NCBI GenBank assembly: GCA_049115835.1
Contig: JAGDZN010000011.1
Location: forward strand, 66,541-130,540
DNA from: Reichenbachiella sp.
Lineage (GTDB): Bacteria; Bacteroidota; Bacteroidia; Cytophagales; Cyclobacteriaceae
Direction of reading: 5' to 3'
DNA length: 64,000 nucleotides
Shown: positions 48,937 through 58,749 of the stretch, in pieces
Position numbering within the stretch: position 1 is the stretch's first letter
How the letters are laid out: every line of letters begins with the position of its first letter
Translations under genes and position numbers: made by a program
Notes under the pieces: model-generated
What the model was told of the DNA's origin: nothing
The model's database searches: none
Seen by the model: only the letters and a program-made list of their open reading frames with translations

Positions 48937-50157
48937 TTGAAAAGACGAAAATTTGTTAAAAAAGCTGCTTTAAGTGGTTTTGCTGCTCTTATTGGTGCTG
49001 AAATTGTCTATGGATCCTCCCTTCCAGAAGGATATTCGCTGATGGGATTAGAGGATGCAGACCCATTCAAATTATTCAATAAGAACAAAGGAATGTCAGT
49101 GCTCAATGACAAACCTTGGAATATTGAGGCAAAGGCCCATCTGCTGGACGACCTTGTAACACCCAACGCAAATATGTTCATTAGAAATAATGGATTAATA
49201 CCAGAAGCAATAGATGCTGAAAAATGGACTCTTACCATTGATGGTGAATCCGTTAAGCAAAAAAAAACCTACACGCTAAATGATCTGAAAACGAAATTCG
49301 AACAACACACTTATCAATTAACACTAGAATGTGGGGGAAATGGAAGAAGTGAGTATGACCCACCTGCAAAAGGTAATCAATGGACCATTGGAGCAGTTCA
49401 TTGTGCCAATTGGACAGGTGTAAGACTCAAGGACATTCTAAACGATGCAGGAATTAAGAGTGATGCCGTATACATAGGTTATCATGCTGCAGATGTCCAT
49501 TTAAGTAAGGACCCTAAAAAGGAACCTATTTCCAGAGGATGTCCTATAAATAAAGCGCTTCAGGATGAAACAATTGTTGCATTTCAGATGAACGGCAAGG
49601 ATATTCCTTTAGCACATGGATACCCATTGCGCTTAGTCGCTGGTGGTTGGCCAGCATCTGTTTCCGGAAAATGGATCAACAGAATTAGTATTAGAAACAA
49701 AATACATGATGGAACTAAAATGACTGGGACTGCATATAGGACACCATGTGAACCTGTAGCTCCAGGTGAAAAAGTTAAAGATGAAGACATGTGTATCATA
49801 GAGTCTATGCCAGTCAAGTCGCTTATCACTTATCCTAAATCGGGAGCAATGATAGAAGAAGGGCAATCACTGGACATCAGAGGGCATGCATGGGCTGGAG
49901 AATTAAGTGTTCATAAAATGGAATATTCAATTGATTTTGGCGCAACGTGGAAAGAATGTCTGCTAAAAAACCCAATTAATCGACTCGCCTGGCAGCATTT
50001 TTCTGCCTCTATCCAGTTTCCTAAAAAAGGCTATTATGAAGTTTGGGCAAAAGCTACTGATTCTCGTGGTGTTGCGCAACCAGTAATCGTACCCGGATGG
50101 AATCCAAAAGGATATTTGAATAATGCTTGCCACCGAATCGCAGTAAAAGTCAAATAG
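48937..50157 (+). CDS. Tat-exported sulfite oxidase-family molybdoenzyme (SorA/SoxC-like)
   Basis: KRRKFV twin-arginine signal, FIRNNG, LECGGNGR Mo-ligand Cys, HGYPLRLV, SGKWINRI, C-terminal dimerisation domain ending WNPKGYLNN. Confidence 0.9.
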   Translation: MKRRKFVKKAALSGFAALIGAEIVYGSSLPEGYSLMGLEDADPFKLFNKNKGMSVLNDKPWNIEAKAHLLDDLVTPNANMFIRNNGLIPEAIDAEKWTLTIDGESVKQKKTYTLNDLKTKFEQHTYQLTLECGGNGRSEYDPPAKGNQWTIGAVHCANWTGVRLKDILNDAGIKSDAVYIGYHAADVHLSKDPKKEPISRGCPINKALQDETIVAFQMNGKDIPLAHGYPLRLVAGGWPASVSGKWINRISIRNKIHDGTKMTGTAYRTPCEPVAPGEKVKDEDMCIIESMPVKSLITYPKSGAMIEEGQSLDIRGHAWAGELSVHKMEYSIDFGATWKECLLKNPINRLAWQHFSASIQFPKKGYYEVWAKATDSRGVAQPVIVPGWNPKGYLNNACHRIAVKVK

Positions 50158-50631
50158 ATGCTAGAGCGAGAAAATTTTGCGAGATTATTCACCATGGCGT
50201 TACGTTTAGTATCGTTAGCAACCATTCTATTATTCGCTGTTGGAGGTCTTGTGCTCTATAATAGCGTTGACCCTGAATTCACTGCCTTTGCCCCTTCGAA
50301 GAATATTGAGAAAAGTAATTCAAGTATTGAAGATCCAGATAAAATCGAAGATGGAATTCATGTTAGGACAGGACTAATTGATGCAACAGGTCTCATGACC
50401 GTTGTACAAAACTGCACCAATTGCCATTCTTCAAAATTGATCATACAAAACCGAATGAACACTGAAAGGTGGAATGCAACGATCAAATGGATGCAAGAAA
50501 CACAAAACCTTTGGCCTTTGGGAGAAAATCAAGCAGTGATTGTCAATTATTTAGTGACTAATTATCCCCCCAAGCAAAAAGGGAGAAGGGAGAAACTTTC
50601 AAACATTGATTGGTATGAGTTGGAAAATTAA
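50158..50631 (+). CDS. Membrane-anchored monohaem cytochrome c (SorB-like)
   Basis: TM anchor, single CTNCH haem motif, WMQETQNLW; starts directly after the molybdoenzyme stop. Confidence 0.82.
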   Translation: MLERENFARLFTMALRLVSLATILLFAVGGLVLYNSVDPEFTAFAPSKNIEKSNSSIEDPDKIEDGIHVRTGLIDATGLMTVVQNCTNCHSSKLIIQNRMNTERWNATIKWMQETQNLWPLGENQAVIVNYLVTNYPPKQKGRREKLSNIDWYELEN

Positions 50632-51523
50632 TGTCATTCTAAATTTAGTTATACTCTCAGCTTGCAGCCAACCAAACATTGATCAAAAGAAAAGTCGGGT
50701 AGAGTCAAATTATCTAATTGAAGTTGAGGAATTGCTGAGCATAACGAGTTTCTCTAAGATCAAAATAATCGACTTTAGAAAAAAAGACATCTATGAGGAA
50801 GGCCATATAGCTGGCGCTATACAACTGTGGAGAAATGACATTGAGGATGACTCATATAATTACAAAGGGATGATGGCGAACAAGGAACAAATAGAATCCT
50901 TATTCAGCAATTGGGGAATCACTCAAGAAGATACTTTGATAGTGTATGATGACAGTGGATTGTCAGATGCTGCTAGGCTCTGGTGGGTACTTCAAAATTA
51001 TAATTTTAACCAGGTAAAATTACTCCATGGCGGATATGAGGCTTGGAAAGCAAGTAATGGTCCTTTGACAAAACAGTCAACTAAAGTCCATCCGTCCGTT
51101 TTTAAACTTCCATCCTCCTCTTCGATGAAATACTTAATGACAAAAGAAGAAATGTTAGAAGATATGAATAGTGCGTTAATCATAGATACAAGATCGTTGG
51201 ACGAGTACACAGGAAAACATCAAAAAGGGGGTGCCACAAAAGCAGGCAGAATACCCAATAGCCTGCATATTGATTGGGCCGCTTCGATCAATTATCATGG
51301 AGACAAAAAATTAAAATCAATTCAAGAATTAGAATCAATTTATGACCAAATGAAGGTCAAAAAAGATGATGCAATTTGGGTTTATTGCCATAGTGGTGTT
51401 CGCTCAGCACATACCACCTTTGTTTTGACTCAACTATTAAACTATAGAAACGTAAAAAATTATGACGGATCTTGGTTAGAATGGAGTTACTACGATGATC
51501 TAGAATATGAAAAAAGCCTTTAA
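50606..51523 (+). CDS. Two-domain rhodanese/sulfurtransferase, lipoprotein
   Basis: Likely ATG 50615; lipobox LSA-C; GHIAGAI, YCHSGVRS active loop, YDGSWLEW. Confidence 0.9.
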   Translation: MIGMSWKINVILNLVILSACSQPNIDQKKSRVESNYLIEVEELLSITSFSKIKIIDFRKKDIYEEGHIAGAIQLWRNDIEDDSYNYKGMMANKEQIESLFSNWGITQEDTLIVYDDSGLSDAARLWWVLQNYNFNQVKLLHGGYEAWKASNGPLTKQSTKVHPSVFKLPSSSSMKYLMTKEEMLEDMNSALIIDTRSLDEYTGKHQKGGATKAGRIPNSLHIDWAASINYHGDKKLKSIQELESIYDQMKVKKDDAIWVYCHSGVRSAHTTFVLTQLLNYRNVKNYDGSWLEWSYYDDLEYEKSL

Positions 51524-51541
51524 CAATGAATTAATAGTAGT

Positions 51542-52414
51542 ATGGAATATTTAGAAGCTTTTATCAACGCTTTCATGGGATCTGCAGATTGGACGTGGAA
51601 ATCAATCCTCTTTCAAGTGCCTTTAAATACAAATTATTTTTGGGGACTAGTAGCCATTTCACTTTTTGTTTGGGGATTAGAAATCATGTTTCCTTGGCGA
51701 AAGAATCAACCAATTATTAGGAAAGATTTTTGGCTAGATGGGTTTTACATGTTCTTTAACTTTTTCATTTTCTCCATTGTCATTAGCGGCTTTTACACAA
51801 TACTGGAACTATTATTTTCAGAAATAAACGTAACAACTAAAAGCATAGCTTTATTTGATATTTCAAAATGGGATATGTGGTTGCAGTTGCTGGTGTTTTT
51901 TATTCTTCTTGATTTTGTTCAATGGTTTACCCATGTTTTGCTCCATAATTATCCTTTTCTCTGGAAGTTTCATAAAGTACATCATAGCGTAAAAGAAATG
52001 GGATTTGCAGCCCATTTGAGATACCATTGGATGGAAAACATACTGTACAAACCGCTTAAAACTTTTGGCGTCATGCTGCTTGGTGGTTTTGAACCGCAAC
52101 AAGCATATATTATTCATTTCTTGGCGATCACTATTGGTCATTTAAACCATGCCAATATCAAACTTTCCTATGGGCCATTAAAATATATATTTAATAATCC
52201 AGTCATGCACTTGTACCATCATGCGGCTGCTTTACCAAAGGGAAAGTATGGCGTGAATTACGGTATTAGTTTGAGCATATGGGACTATTTATTCAAAACC
52301 AATTATATCCCTGAAAATAGCGGAACCATAGAAATTGGTTTCGAAGGTGATAATAAATTTCCAAAGGACTTCATCCAACAAAATACTTATGGTTTCAAAA
52401 AGGGGCAGATTTAA
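51542..52414 (+). CDS. Sterol desaturase / fatty acid hydroxylase family di-iron membrane enzyme
   Basis: His boxes HVLLH, HKVHH, HLNH, HLYHH; NYGISLSIWDYLFKT. Confidence 0.9.
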   Translation: MEYLEAFINAFMGSADWTWKSILFQVPLNTNYFWGLVAISLFVWGLEIMFPWRKNQPIIRKDFWLDGFYMFFNFFIFSIVISGFYTILELLFSEINVTTKSIALFDISKWDMWLQLLVFFILLDFVQWFTHVLLHNYPFLWKFHKVHHSVKEMGFAAHLRYHWMENILYKPLKTFGVMLLGGFEPQQAYIIHFLAITIGHLNHANIKLSYGPLKYIFNNPVMHLYHHAAALPKGKYGVNYGISLSIWDYLFKTNYIPENSGTIEIGFEGDNKFPKDFIQQNTYGFKKGQI

Positions 52415-52459
52415 ATCGAGCATTCTCTTTAAATCAAACCTATAATTCTTAACTTTCTT

Positions 52460-53392
52460 ATGGTGAAAGTGAGAAGAAATGACATAAAACTTGAAGCCCT
52501 TCATGATTGGGAAAAAGATGGGGATTACATCATATTCGGTGAGTTTCAACATCAATTATTCGTCAAGCAATTTGGAAATTCTAAGGCGAGATCAGCAAAA
52601 ACTTTATTACTTATTCATGGATTTCCAGAATCATCATTTTCGTATCACTCAGTTATAGAGGGACTATTGGAGACTTTCGATAGAATTGTTCTTTTCGATA
52701 TGATTGGATATGGATTCAGTGAAAAACCAATCAAAAATTATAGTTATTCTCTATTGAAACAAGCTGATTCGGCCTTCGCGGTATGGGAACATTTCGGAGT
52801 TAAAGGAGGACACATTCTCGCTCATGACATGGGAAACAGTGTCGCCACAGAAATACTCGCCAGACAAAATGAAAATTCTTTACCCCGCTCATTCTCTGAT
52901 GGCATCTTAAGTATGACGTTCACTAATGGAAGTATAGTGCTGGAGATGGCAAAACTTAGGATTACTCAGAAAATACTATTGACGAAATTAGGTCCGTTAT
53001 TGAGTAAACTAACCACTTTTTCCCTATTCAATCATCAAGTTCGAAGTGCGCATGGAAACGAGAATCTAACCATGGAAAATATTCAATCGTTGTGGCAGCT
53101 CAATACTTTGAACAACGGTCATAAGAAAACTTACCTCACTATAAAATATTTGAATGACCGAAAGAAATTTGAAAAATCAAGATGGATTCCTGCAGTTCAA
53201 AAAACTGAAATACCCGTTCATTTTTGCTGGGGAAAAGATGATGCAGTTGCCAGAGTTGAAATGGCTCATTTCCTCAAAAATGAAGTTTGCCCTGAAGCTA
53301 CACTAACAATTATGGAGGATGTAGGACATTTCGCACAGATGGACAATCCTTCTAAGTGGATAAAAAGTGTTACTAATTTTTACAAAGATTGA
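52460..53392 (+). CDS. Alpha/beta hydrolase (epoxide hydrolase/MEST-like)
   Basis: LIHGFPESS, FDMIGYGFSEKP, AHDMG nucleophile Asp, VGHF. Confidence 0.85.
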   Translation: MVKVRRNDIKLEALHDWEKDGDYIIFGEFQHQLFVKQFGNSKARSAKTLLLIHGFPESSFSYHSVIEGLLETFDRIVLFDMIGYGFSEKPIKNYSYSLLKQADSAFAVWEHFGVKGGHILAHDMGNSVATEILARQNENSLPRSFSDGILSMTFTNGSIVLEMAKLRITQKILLTKLGPLLSKLTTFSLFNHQVRSAHGNENLTMENIQSLWQLNTLNNGHKKTYLTIKYLNDRKKFEKSRWIPAVQKTEIPVHFCWGKDDAVARVEMAHFLKNEVCPEATLTIMEDVGHFAQMDNPSKWIKSVTNFYKD

Positions 53393-53458
53393 TAAAAAAC
53401 CATTTTGTCATCTTCACTATAAATTTTTCTCAAAGTCTTAAACCTTTTCATTTCGGGT

Positions 53459-54949
53459 TTGTCTAAAAGCAAAACTCAACAAAAAATTATGATCTGCTTC
53501 AATAGAACGCTGGCCTTTGGGATTTCAAATTTCATTTTCACATCTTTAATAAGTGTCACAATATTAATTAACAGTAGTTGCGAAGAGTCCATTGATGTTT
53601 CACCAACAACTGATACTTCCGTTCTTTTAGATACAGAATTTGAAGCAACTGATTGGACAACGGAAACCCATAGCAAATCAGCCGATCCAAATTTTGAAGA
53701 GGTTTTCGATGACACTGCGGTAAAGAGGTTAGATATTGTTTTCACATCAGCCCGCTGGCAAAGCATGCTCGATGATATGACCAGCCTGTATGGTACTTTT
53801 GGAGAAAATTCTGGTGGTAGCGGCCCAGGGGGAGGAGGCCCTGGAGGTAGTAACTTTGCAGATGAAGATCCTATATTTGTCCCTGCAGAAGTGTTTTACA
53901 ATGATCAAGAATGGTACCGAGTTGGTGTACGCTTCAAAGGAAATTCTAGTCTTCAAAGTAGTTGGAATAATGGGATTCTAAAACTTTCTTTCAAATTAGA
54001 TTTTGATGAATTCGAAGATGATTATCCTCAAATAGATGATCAACGTTTTTACGGATTTAAGAAACTCAGCCTGAAAAACAACTATGATGACAAGTCCATG
54101 TTACGAGAAAAAATTGCAGCAGACGTGTTCAAAAATGCTGGGCTTGCTGTTTCACATACCGCATTTTACTCCCTATATGTTGACCATGGTGAAGGACCCA
54201 TTTACTTTGGGCTATATACTTTAGTAGAAGAAGTAGATGATACCGTATGCGAGACTCAATTTACGAATGACAATGGGAATCTATATAAGCCCGATGGCGA
54301 TGCGGCGAGCTTTGCATTAGGGACCTTTGATGAAGATGAATTCGTCAAAAAAAACAATGAAGACGAAGCTGACTATTCAGATGTGGAAAGTTTGTATGCC
54401 ATTCTGCATGATGAATCACGGACAACAGATCCGTTGACTTGGAGAACCAACCTTGAAACTGTTTTTGACACGGAAGTATTTCTTAAATACTTGGCGGTCA
54501 ATACAGTCATTCAAAATTGGGATACCTATGGCAGAATGACACACAATTTTTTCTTATACCAAAATTCTGAAAACAATAGATTAACATGGATTCCTTGGGA
54601 CAATAATGAAGCCCTTCAAGATGGAAAACAAGGAGGCTCTTTGGCATTGGATTTTTCAGATTTAGACGTTTCACAATGGCCTCTAATAGGATATTTATAT
54701 GCCGATGGGGTTTATAAGGCCAAATATGACGCCTATGTTCAAGAAACAATAGATGAAGCTTTTAGTGTCAATAAATTACAAGCTCAATATGAAATATACG
54801 GATCCTTGATTGAGCCATATTCAACGACTGAAATTTCTGGATACTCCTTTTTGAACGCTAGTTCAGAATTTCAATCTGCTCTAAGTAGCCTCAACTCTCA
54901 CGTTGCTTCAAGAGTTAGTGCTGCGAACAACTATTTAAATCAAAACTGA
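53459..54949 (+). CDS. CotH-kinase family lipoprotein
   Basis: VGVRFKGNSS, SFKLDFD, YTLVEEVD, NWDTY...HNFFLY, WIPWDNN; lipobox NSS-C. Confidence 0.88.
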   Translation: MSKSKTQQKIMICFNRTLAFGISNFIFTSLISVTILINSSCEESIDVSPTTDTSVLLDTEFEATDWTTETHSKSADPNFEEVFDDTAVKRLDIVFTSARWQSMLDDMTSLYGTFGENSGGSGPGGGGPGGSNFADEDPIFVPAEVFYNDQEWYRVGVRFKGNSSLQSSWNNGILKLSFKLDFDEFEDDYPQIDDQRFYGFKKLSLKNNYDDKSMLREKIAADVFKNAGLAVSHTAFYSLYVDHGEGPIYFGLYTLVEEVDDTVCETQFTNDNGNLYKPDGDAASFALGTFDEDEFVKKNNEDEADYSDVESLYAILHDESRTTDPLTWRTNLETVFDTEVFLKYLAVNTVIQNWDTYGRMTHNFFLYQNSENNRLTWIPWDNNEALQDGKQGGSLALDFSDLDVSQWPLIGYLYADGVYKAKYDAYVQETIDEAFSVNKLQAQYEIYGSLIEPYSTTEISGYSFLNASSEFQSALSSLNSHVASRVSAANNYLNQN

Positions 54950-54958
54950 TAGATCTAT

Positions 54959-57343
54959 TTATTCTTTGACAAATCTTAGCACTTGTGTCTTATTTTCATC
55001 TTTTATTAAAAGAAGGTAAGTCCCTATGCTGATTTCTGCTACATCTAGTGATTCATTTTGCAGCGTAAAAGAACCATCTAATACAGTTTTTCCCATCATA
55101 TCCACGATTTGAAATTCTCTGTTTTCACTCTTCAAATCATCCGATACAATGTTCAATCTATTGGTCACTGGATTAGGCCATATATTCAATTGAACAGGTG
55201 TGTTTTGCAATCCTAAAATGGCAATGACATTAGCCACCGATGCTGCAGAGCACATTTCTTCCGAAGTTACAACCACGGTATAATCTCCTCCGAAAAAATA
55301 GGTTCTTTCCACACTCAAAGTCTGATTGGTTTCTCCCTCCAAGGCTTCTCCACTCTCATACCATTGATTTCCTGATTCCGCATCAGAAGTCAATACAACA
55401 TCTCTACCATTATCACTTACCACTGAAATGACTGGAGTGGCTACGTCATTCACTACAACTTCAAATGAAATAGAAGTAGCGCAACCTTCTCTATCTACTA
55501 AGAGGCTTGCAGTATATACGCCGACTTCAGTGAATGTAAAATCCGCATCGCCAGTAGTATTTTCATCGATAGATCCATCCCCGTCAAAATCCCATTCATA
55601 AGTATCGGTGTCTACTGCATTTACAGATAAATCTGAAAAAATCGTTGGCTCACCCACACAGGCCGCGCCAACACTAAAATCGGCTAATGCACCACTACAA
55701 ATATTAATGGTGACAGAATCTGTATTACTCCACTCCTGTTGATCATTAAATGATCTAACATATAATTGGTGTTCGCCAACTTCCAACCCTGCACTGGACA
55801 AAGTCAAGTCCAAATCAATTTCTCGAGAGGGCGTTTCTATAATTGCTTGAGTACCATTTCCAATGCCAGGATCTGTGCCTAACGCGTATTCTACTAAAGT
55901 AATATTTCTTGCAACATCTACATAAAATGGAGTGCTCTCAATTAGACCCCAAATATTTTTTTCATCCCTTCCTCTCAAATTAAAAGTATGAAACCCAACA
56001 CTCAACCCTTCTGTCGGTATCAATTCAATGACATCAATACTAGGTAAATCAGAAACAGGAATAAAGGTACCATTACCAGTGCCTGGATCCTCATTGAAGA
56101 AGTATTCCAGTTGCACCAAATTAGGGTTTGTCAATGATGTGGATTGACCAATGAAAAACGGTTTGCTTTCAATCAATCCCCACACATCATTTTCATCCAA
56201 TGCGCGAAATGTGATCACATGAAAACCTTCTGATAAAGTTGTTGTAGATACGTTTTCAAGAAGATTAACATTTGTTTCCGTTCCAAGAACGATTTCTATA
56301 CCATTTCCATGACCAGGATCTGAATCGATAAAATATTCTATTTTCTGAAGAATGTTTTGTTCCGTCGCAACGGATTGATTGACATAAAAGGGTTTGCTTT
56401 CAACAATTCCCCACACGCTATTTTCATCCATGGCCCGAACCGTGATTGTATGGAAACCATTTAAGCCTGTAGTTGGTACGTTTTCCGTAAAGTCAAAGTT
56501 GGCTCCTGGACTAATTGCTATAGATACTCCATCACCTTGCCCGGGATCAGCATCGATATAATACTCCATGTTTGTAATATTGTTTTGACCTATGGTAGAT
56601 GAAAGTGAAATGTAAAAAGGTTGATATTCGCTTAATCCCCATACTCCATTTTCATCTTGAGCCCTAAAACCAATACTATGAAACCCTTGTGTTAAACCTA
56701 CGGTACTAACATCCTCCGTAAAATTCAAATCCGTTGAAGAAGCAATGGAAATGGCTGTTCCAGAACCCTGAACTGGATCAGTATCAATATAATACTCCAT
56801 GGCTGAGATATTGTTTTGTGCCAAGGTCACAGACTGGTTGATATAGAAAGGTTTGCTTTCGACCAATCCCCATGTTCCTTTCTCATCCTGAGCTCTAAAC
56901 CCAATCGTGTGAAATCCTTCTGCAAGTCCAGTAGTAGCAATATTTTGCGAAAAATCTAGTTCAGGAGAATTTGAAATGGAAATGGCTTCTCCAGATCCTT
57001 GAATCGGAGCAAAATCGATATAATACTCCATGGCAGAGATATTATTTTGGTTCAAGGATATTGATTGGGTAATGAAAAAAGGCTTTTTTTCAATTAAACC
57101 CCATACTTCATTTTCATCCTTGGCCAAAACACTTAAGGTGTGAAATCCTTCGGATAATCCAATGGTGGAAATGTTTGTAGAAATATCAATCGTTTCGTTG
57201 GCAGTAACAGAAATAGCCATTCGATTACCTTCCCCTGGATCAACATCGAAAAAATATGCTAATTCAGTGATTTCTGGGACTTGTGAAAAACCATTCAGGC
57301 AAACCCCGATAAACAGGCAGGAAATTATCTGCTGTATTTTCAT
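54959..57343 (-). CDS. T9SS-secreted protein with seven ~75-aa DPG repeats, PKD domain and Ig-like domain
   Basis: Seven units EY(F/Y)xDxDPGxGxG...GFH...RAxDExxVWGLxExxPF; PKD YEWDFDGDG; C-terminal IWPNPVTNRLNI...RFVKE. Confidence 0.82.
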   Translation of the reverse strand: MKIQQIISCLFIGVCLNGFSQVPEITELAYFFDVDPGEGNRMAISVTANETIDISTNISTIGLSEGFHTLSVLAKDENEVWGLIEKKPFFITQSISLNQNNISAMEYYIDFAPIQGSGEAISISNSPELDFSQNIATTGLAEGFHTIGFRAQDEKGTWGLVESKPFYINQSVTLAQNNISAMEYYIDTDPVQGSGTAISIASSTDLNFTEDVSTVGLTQGFHSIGFRAQDENGVWGLSEYQPFYISLSSTIGQNNITNMEYYIDADPGQGDGVSIAISPGANFDFTENVPTTGLNGFHTITVRAMDENSVWGIVESKPFYVNQSVATEQNILQKIEYFIDSDPGHGNGIEIVLGTETNVNLLENVSTTTLSEGFHVITFRALDENDVWGLIESKPFFIGQSTSLTNPNLVQLEYFFNEDPGTGNGTFIPVSDLPSIDVIELIPTEGLSVGFHTFNLRGRDEKNIWGLIESTPFYVDVARNITLVEYALGTDPGIGNGTQAIIETPSREIDLDLTLSSAGLEVGEHQLYVRSFNDQQEWSNTDSVTINICSGALADFSVGAACVGEPTIFSDLSVNAVDTDTYEWDFDGDGSIDENTTGDADFTFTEVGVYTASLLVDREGCATSISFEVVVNDVATPVISVVSDNGRDVVLTSDAESGNQWYESGEALEGETNQTLSVERTYFFGGDYTVVVTSEEMCSAASVANVIAILGLQNTPVQLNIWPNPVTNRLNIVSDDLKSENREFQIVDMMGKTVLDGSFTLQNESLDVAEISIGTYLLLIKDENKTQVLRFVKE
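55697..57271 (-). repeat. Seven tandem intragenic repeats of ~225-231 bp encoding the DPG domains
   Basis: Protein-level alignment of aa ~25-549; DNA similarity visible, e.g. recurring aatactccatggc and ccccaNacN. Confidence 0.85.
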
Positions 57344-57363
57344 ATCAAGTTTTTTCCTAATTA

Positions 57364-58449
57364 TTAGTTTCCTCTTGCTTTGATCTGAACTTCCAAGTCA
57401 TCTCCTTCTACCACCATGGTTGGAACAGTTATAGACTGAATCAATGGAATCAGTGTACCTTGTAAACTAAAAGGAACAGCTCCACCGTAAACACCTATAT
57501 CCGTACCTCCTTCTCCATTTCCGATGCAAGGAGAGCCTGCAAGAGGAGCAGGGTTAAGTACTGCAAAATCTGCTGACTGTGTGTGTGGAACATTGGTTAA
57601 TTGAGGATCTGCATCTATGTTATTTACACTAGTATTCCCAACTGTAGTGGCAAAGCTGACAGCTCCCAGATACTGAATATTATTTTCAAAAGCGTTGTTT
57701 GAAAACGAACTATGGGCTGTAGGCTGCTTTCGTATAAACACATTATTTTTTACAGAATTGCTGTAAAAATTATAAAATGCATGGTCGTTACCGTCACTTC
57801 CAACAAAAATATTATTCTCTACGCTTGTCCCGTTACTCGCTTGCACTGCACCATGTTCATTGAGAGATGTGCCATAAATTATATTGTTGGCGATAACAAT
57901 ATTGGACATAGCACCATGTAGTAATAATATGGTCATATCATCGTTCGAAAGGCTCCATCCCATTACATTATTTCGAATAATGATATTGGATAAGGTAGTT
58001 GTAACATCAGTGTGTACAACTCTTCTAACTAGACCATTTTCAATAAGCAAATTAGACAAGGCTCCTGCTGTTCCTCCTAATAGAATTGCATCATTAACAA
58101 ATACACCTGAAATGCGAGTACCTGATGCGGCAGGGTCTGCAATAATGATGGTATCAACTCTTGATCGGAGCGTTCCATCAATATCTGGATTCAACCCAAT
58201 TCCAAAAATATTCAAGGGCTTGTCAATAGTGGCTATTCCATAATTCGTGTTACCTGGTGTTATGTGAATGATGTCGCCACTTGTGGTCGCTGCAATAGCA
58301 TCCTGAAGTGCTGTGGCACCAGTAAAGACGTTGGTGCCTCCTAACGCACCAGGATTATTGTCAGCTGTGAAGATCGTCTGCGAAAAAGTATTGTTCGTGA
58401 GAAAAATAGTGCAGAATAGAGATAATAGTAGTGGTTTGTAATTTTTCAT
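57364..58449 (-). CDS. Secreted right-handed parallel beta-helix protein
   Basis: Signal peptide; LQDAIAATTSGDIIHITPG N-cap; Asn-ladder repeats (IRNNVM, IANNII, VENNIF, VKNNVF, FENNI); GTDIGVYGG; no T9SS domain. Confidence 0.78.
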   Translation of the reverse strand: MKNYKPLLLSLFCTIFLTNNTFSQTIFTADNNPGALGGTNVFTGATALQDAIAATTSGDIIHITPGNTNYGIATIDKPLNIFGIGLNPDIDGTLRSRVDTIIIADPAASGTRISGVFVNDAILLGGTAGALSNLLIENGLVRRVVHTDVTTTLSNIIIRNNVMGWSLSNDDMTILLLHGAMSNIVIANNIIYGTSLNEHGAVQASNGTSVENNIFVGSDGNDHAFYNFYSNSVKNNVFIRKQPTAHSSFSNNAFENNIQYLGAVSFATTVGNTSVNNIDADPQLTNVPHTQSADFAVLNPAPLAGSPCIGNGEGGTDIGVYGGAVPFSLQGTLIPLIQSITVPTMVVEGDDLEVQIKARGN

Positions 58450-58579
58450 GTTGAGGATTGATTTGGTCTAGATAGAATTTAGTCATTATTAACCTGAATT
58501 TCAAGTCATTACAGATATGGCTTTTATAAAAGATGCCTATTGACATTTTATGTCTAGTCTATTTTTCTTGAATTTTTAG

Positions 58580-58587
58580 TAGTTTTG
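58580..58587 (+). promoter_or_regulatory. Putative -7 promoter box upstream of tnaA
   Basis: TAGTTTTG matches TAnnTTTG; implies a ~155-nt leader. Confidence 0.4.
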
Positions 58588-58749
58588 TAACACAAAATCG
58601 TCGCTGGCGCTTACGTGAAGACTTATTTCAATCCATATCAAAACGTTAAGAATAGAGATCCTTATTTCTATAATTAATTCTAATCTGATTCTTCATTCAG
58701 AAGAATTCCCTCTATTTATTTTTTTACTTCTCATTCATCAATTTTTGAT

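Noticed and set aside
58572-58649. TnaC-like Trp-containing leader ORF (IFSSFVTQNRRWRLREDLFQSISKR)
   Set aside because: No ATG/GTG/TTG start, it overlaps the predicted -7 box, and it lacks the W-x3-D-x7-P-stop spacing required in TnaC
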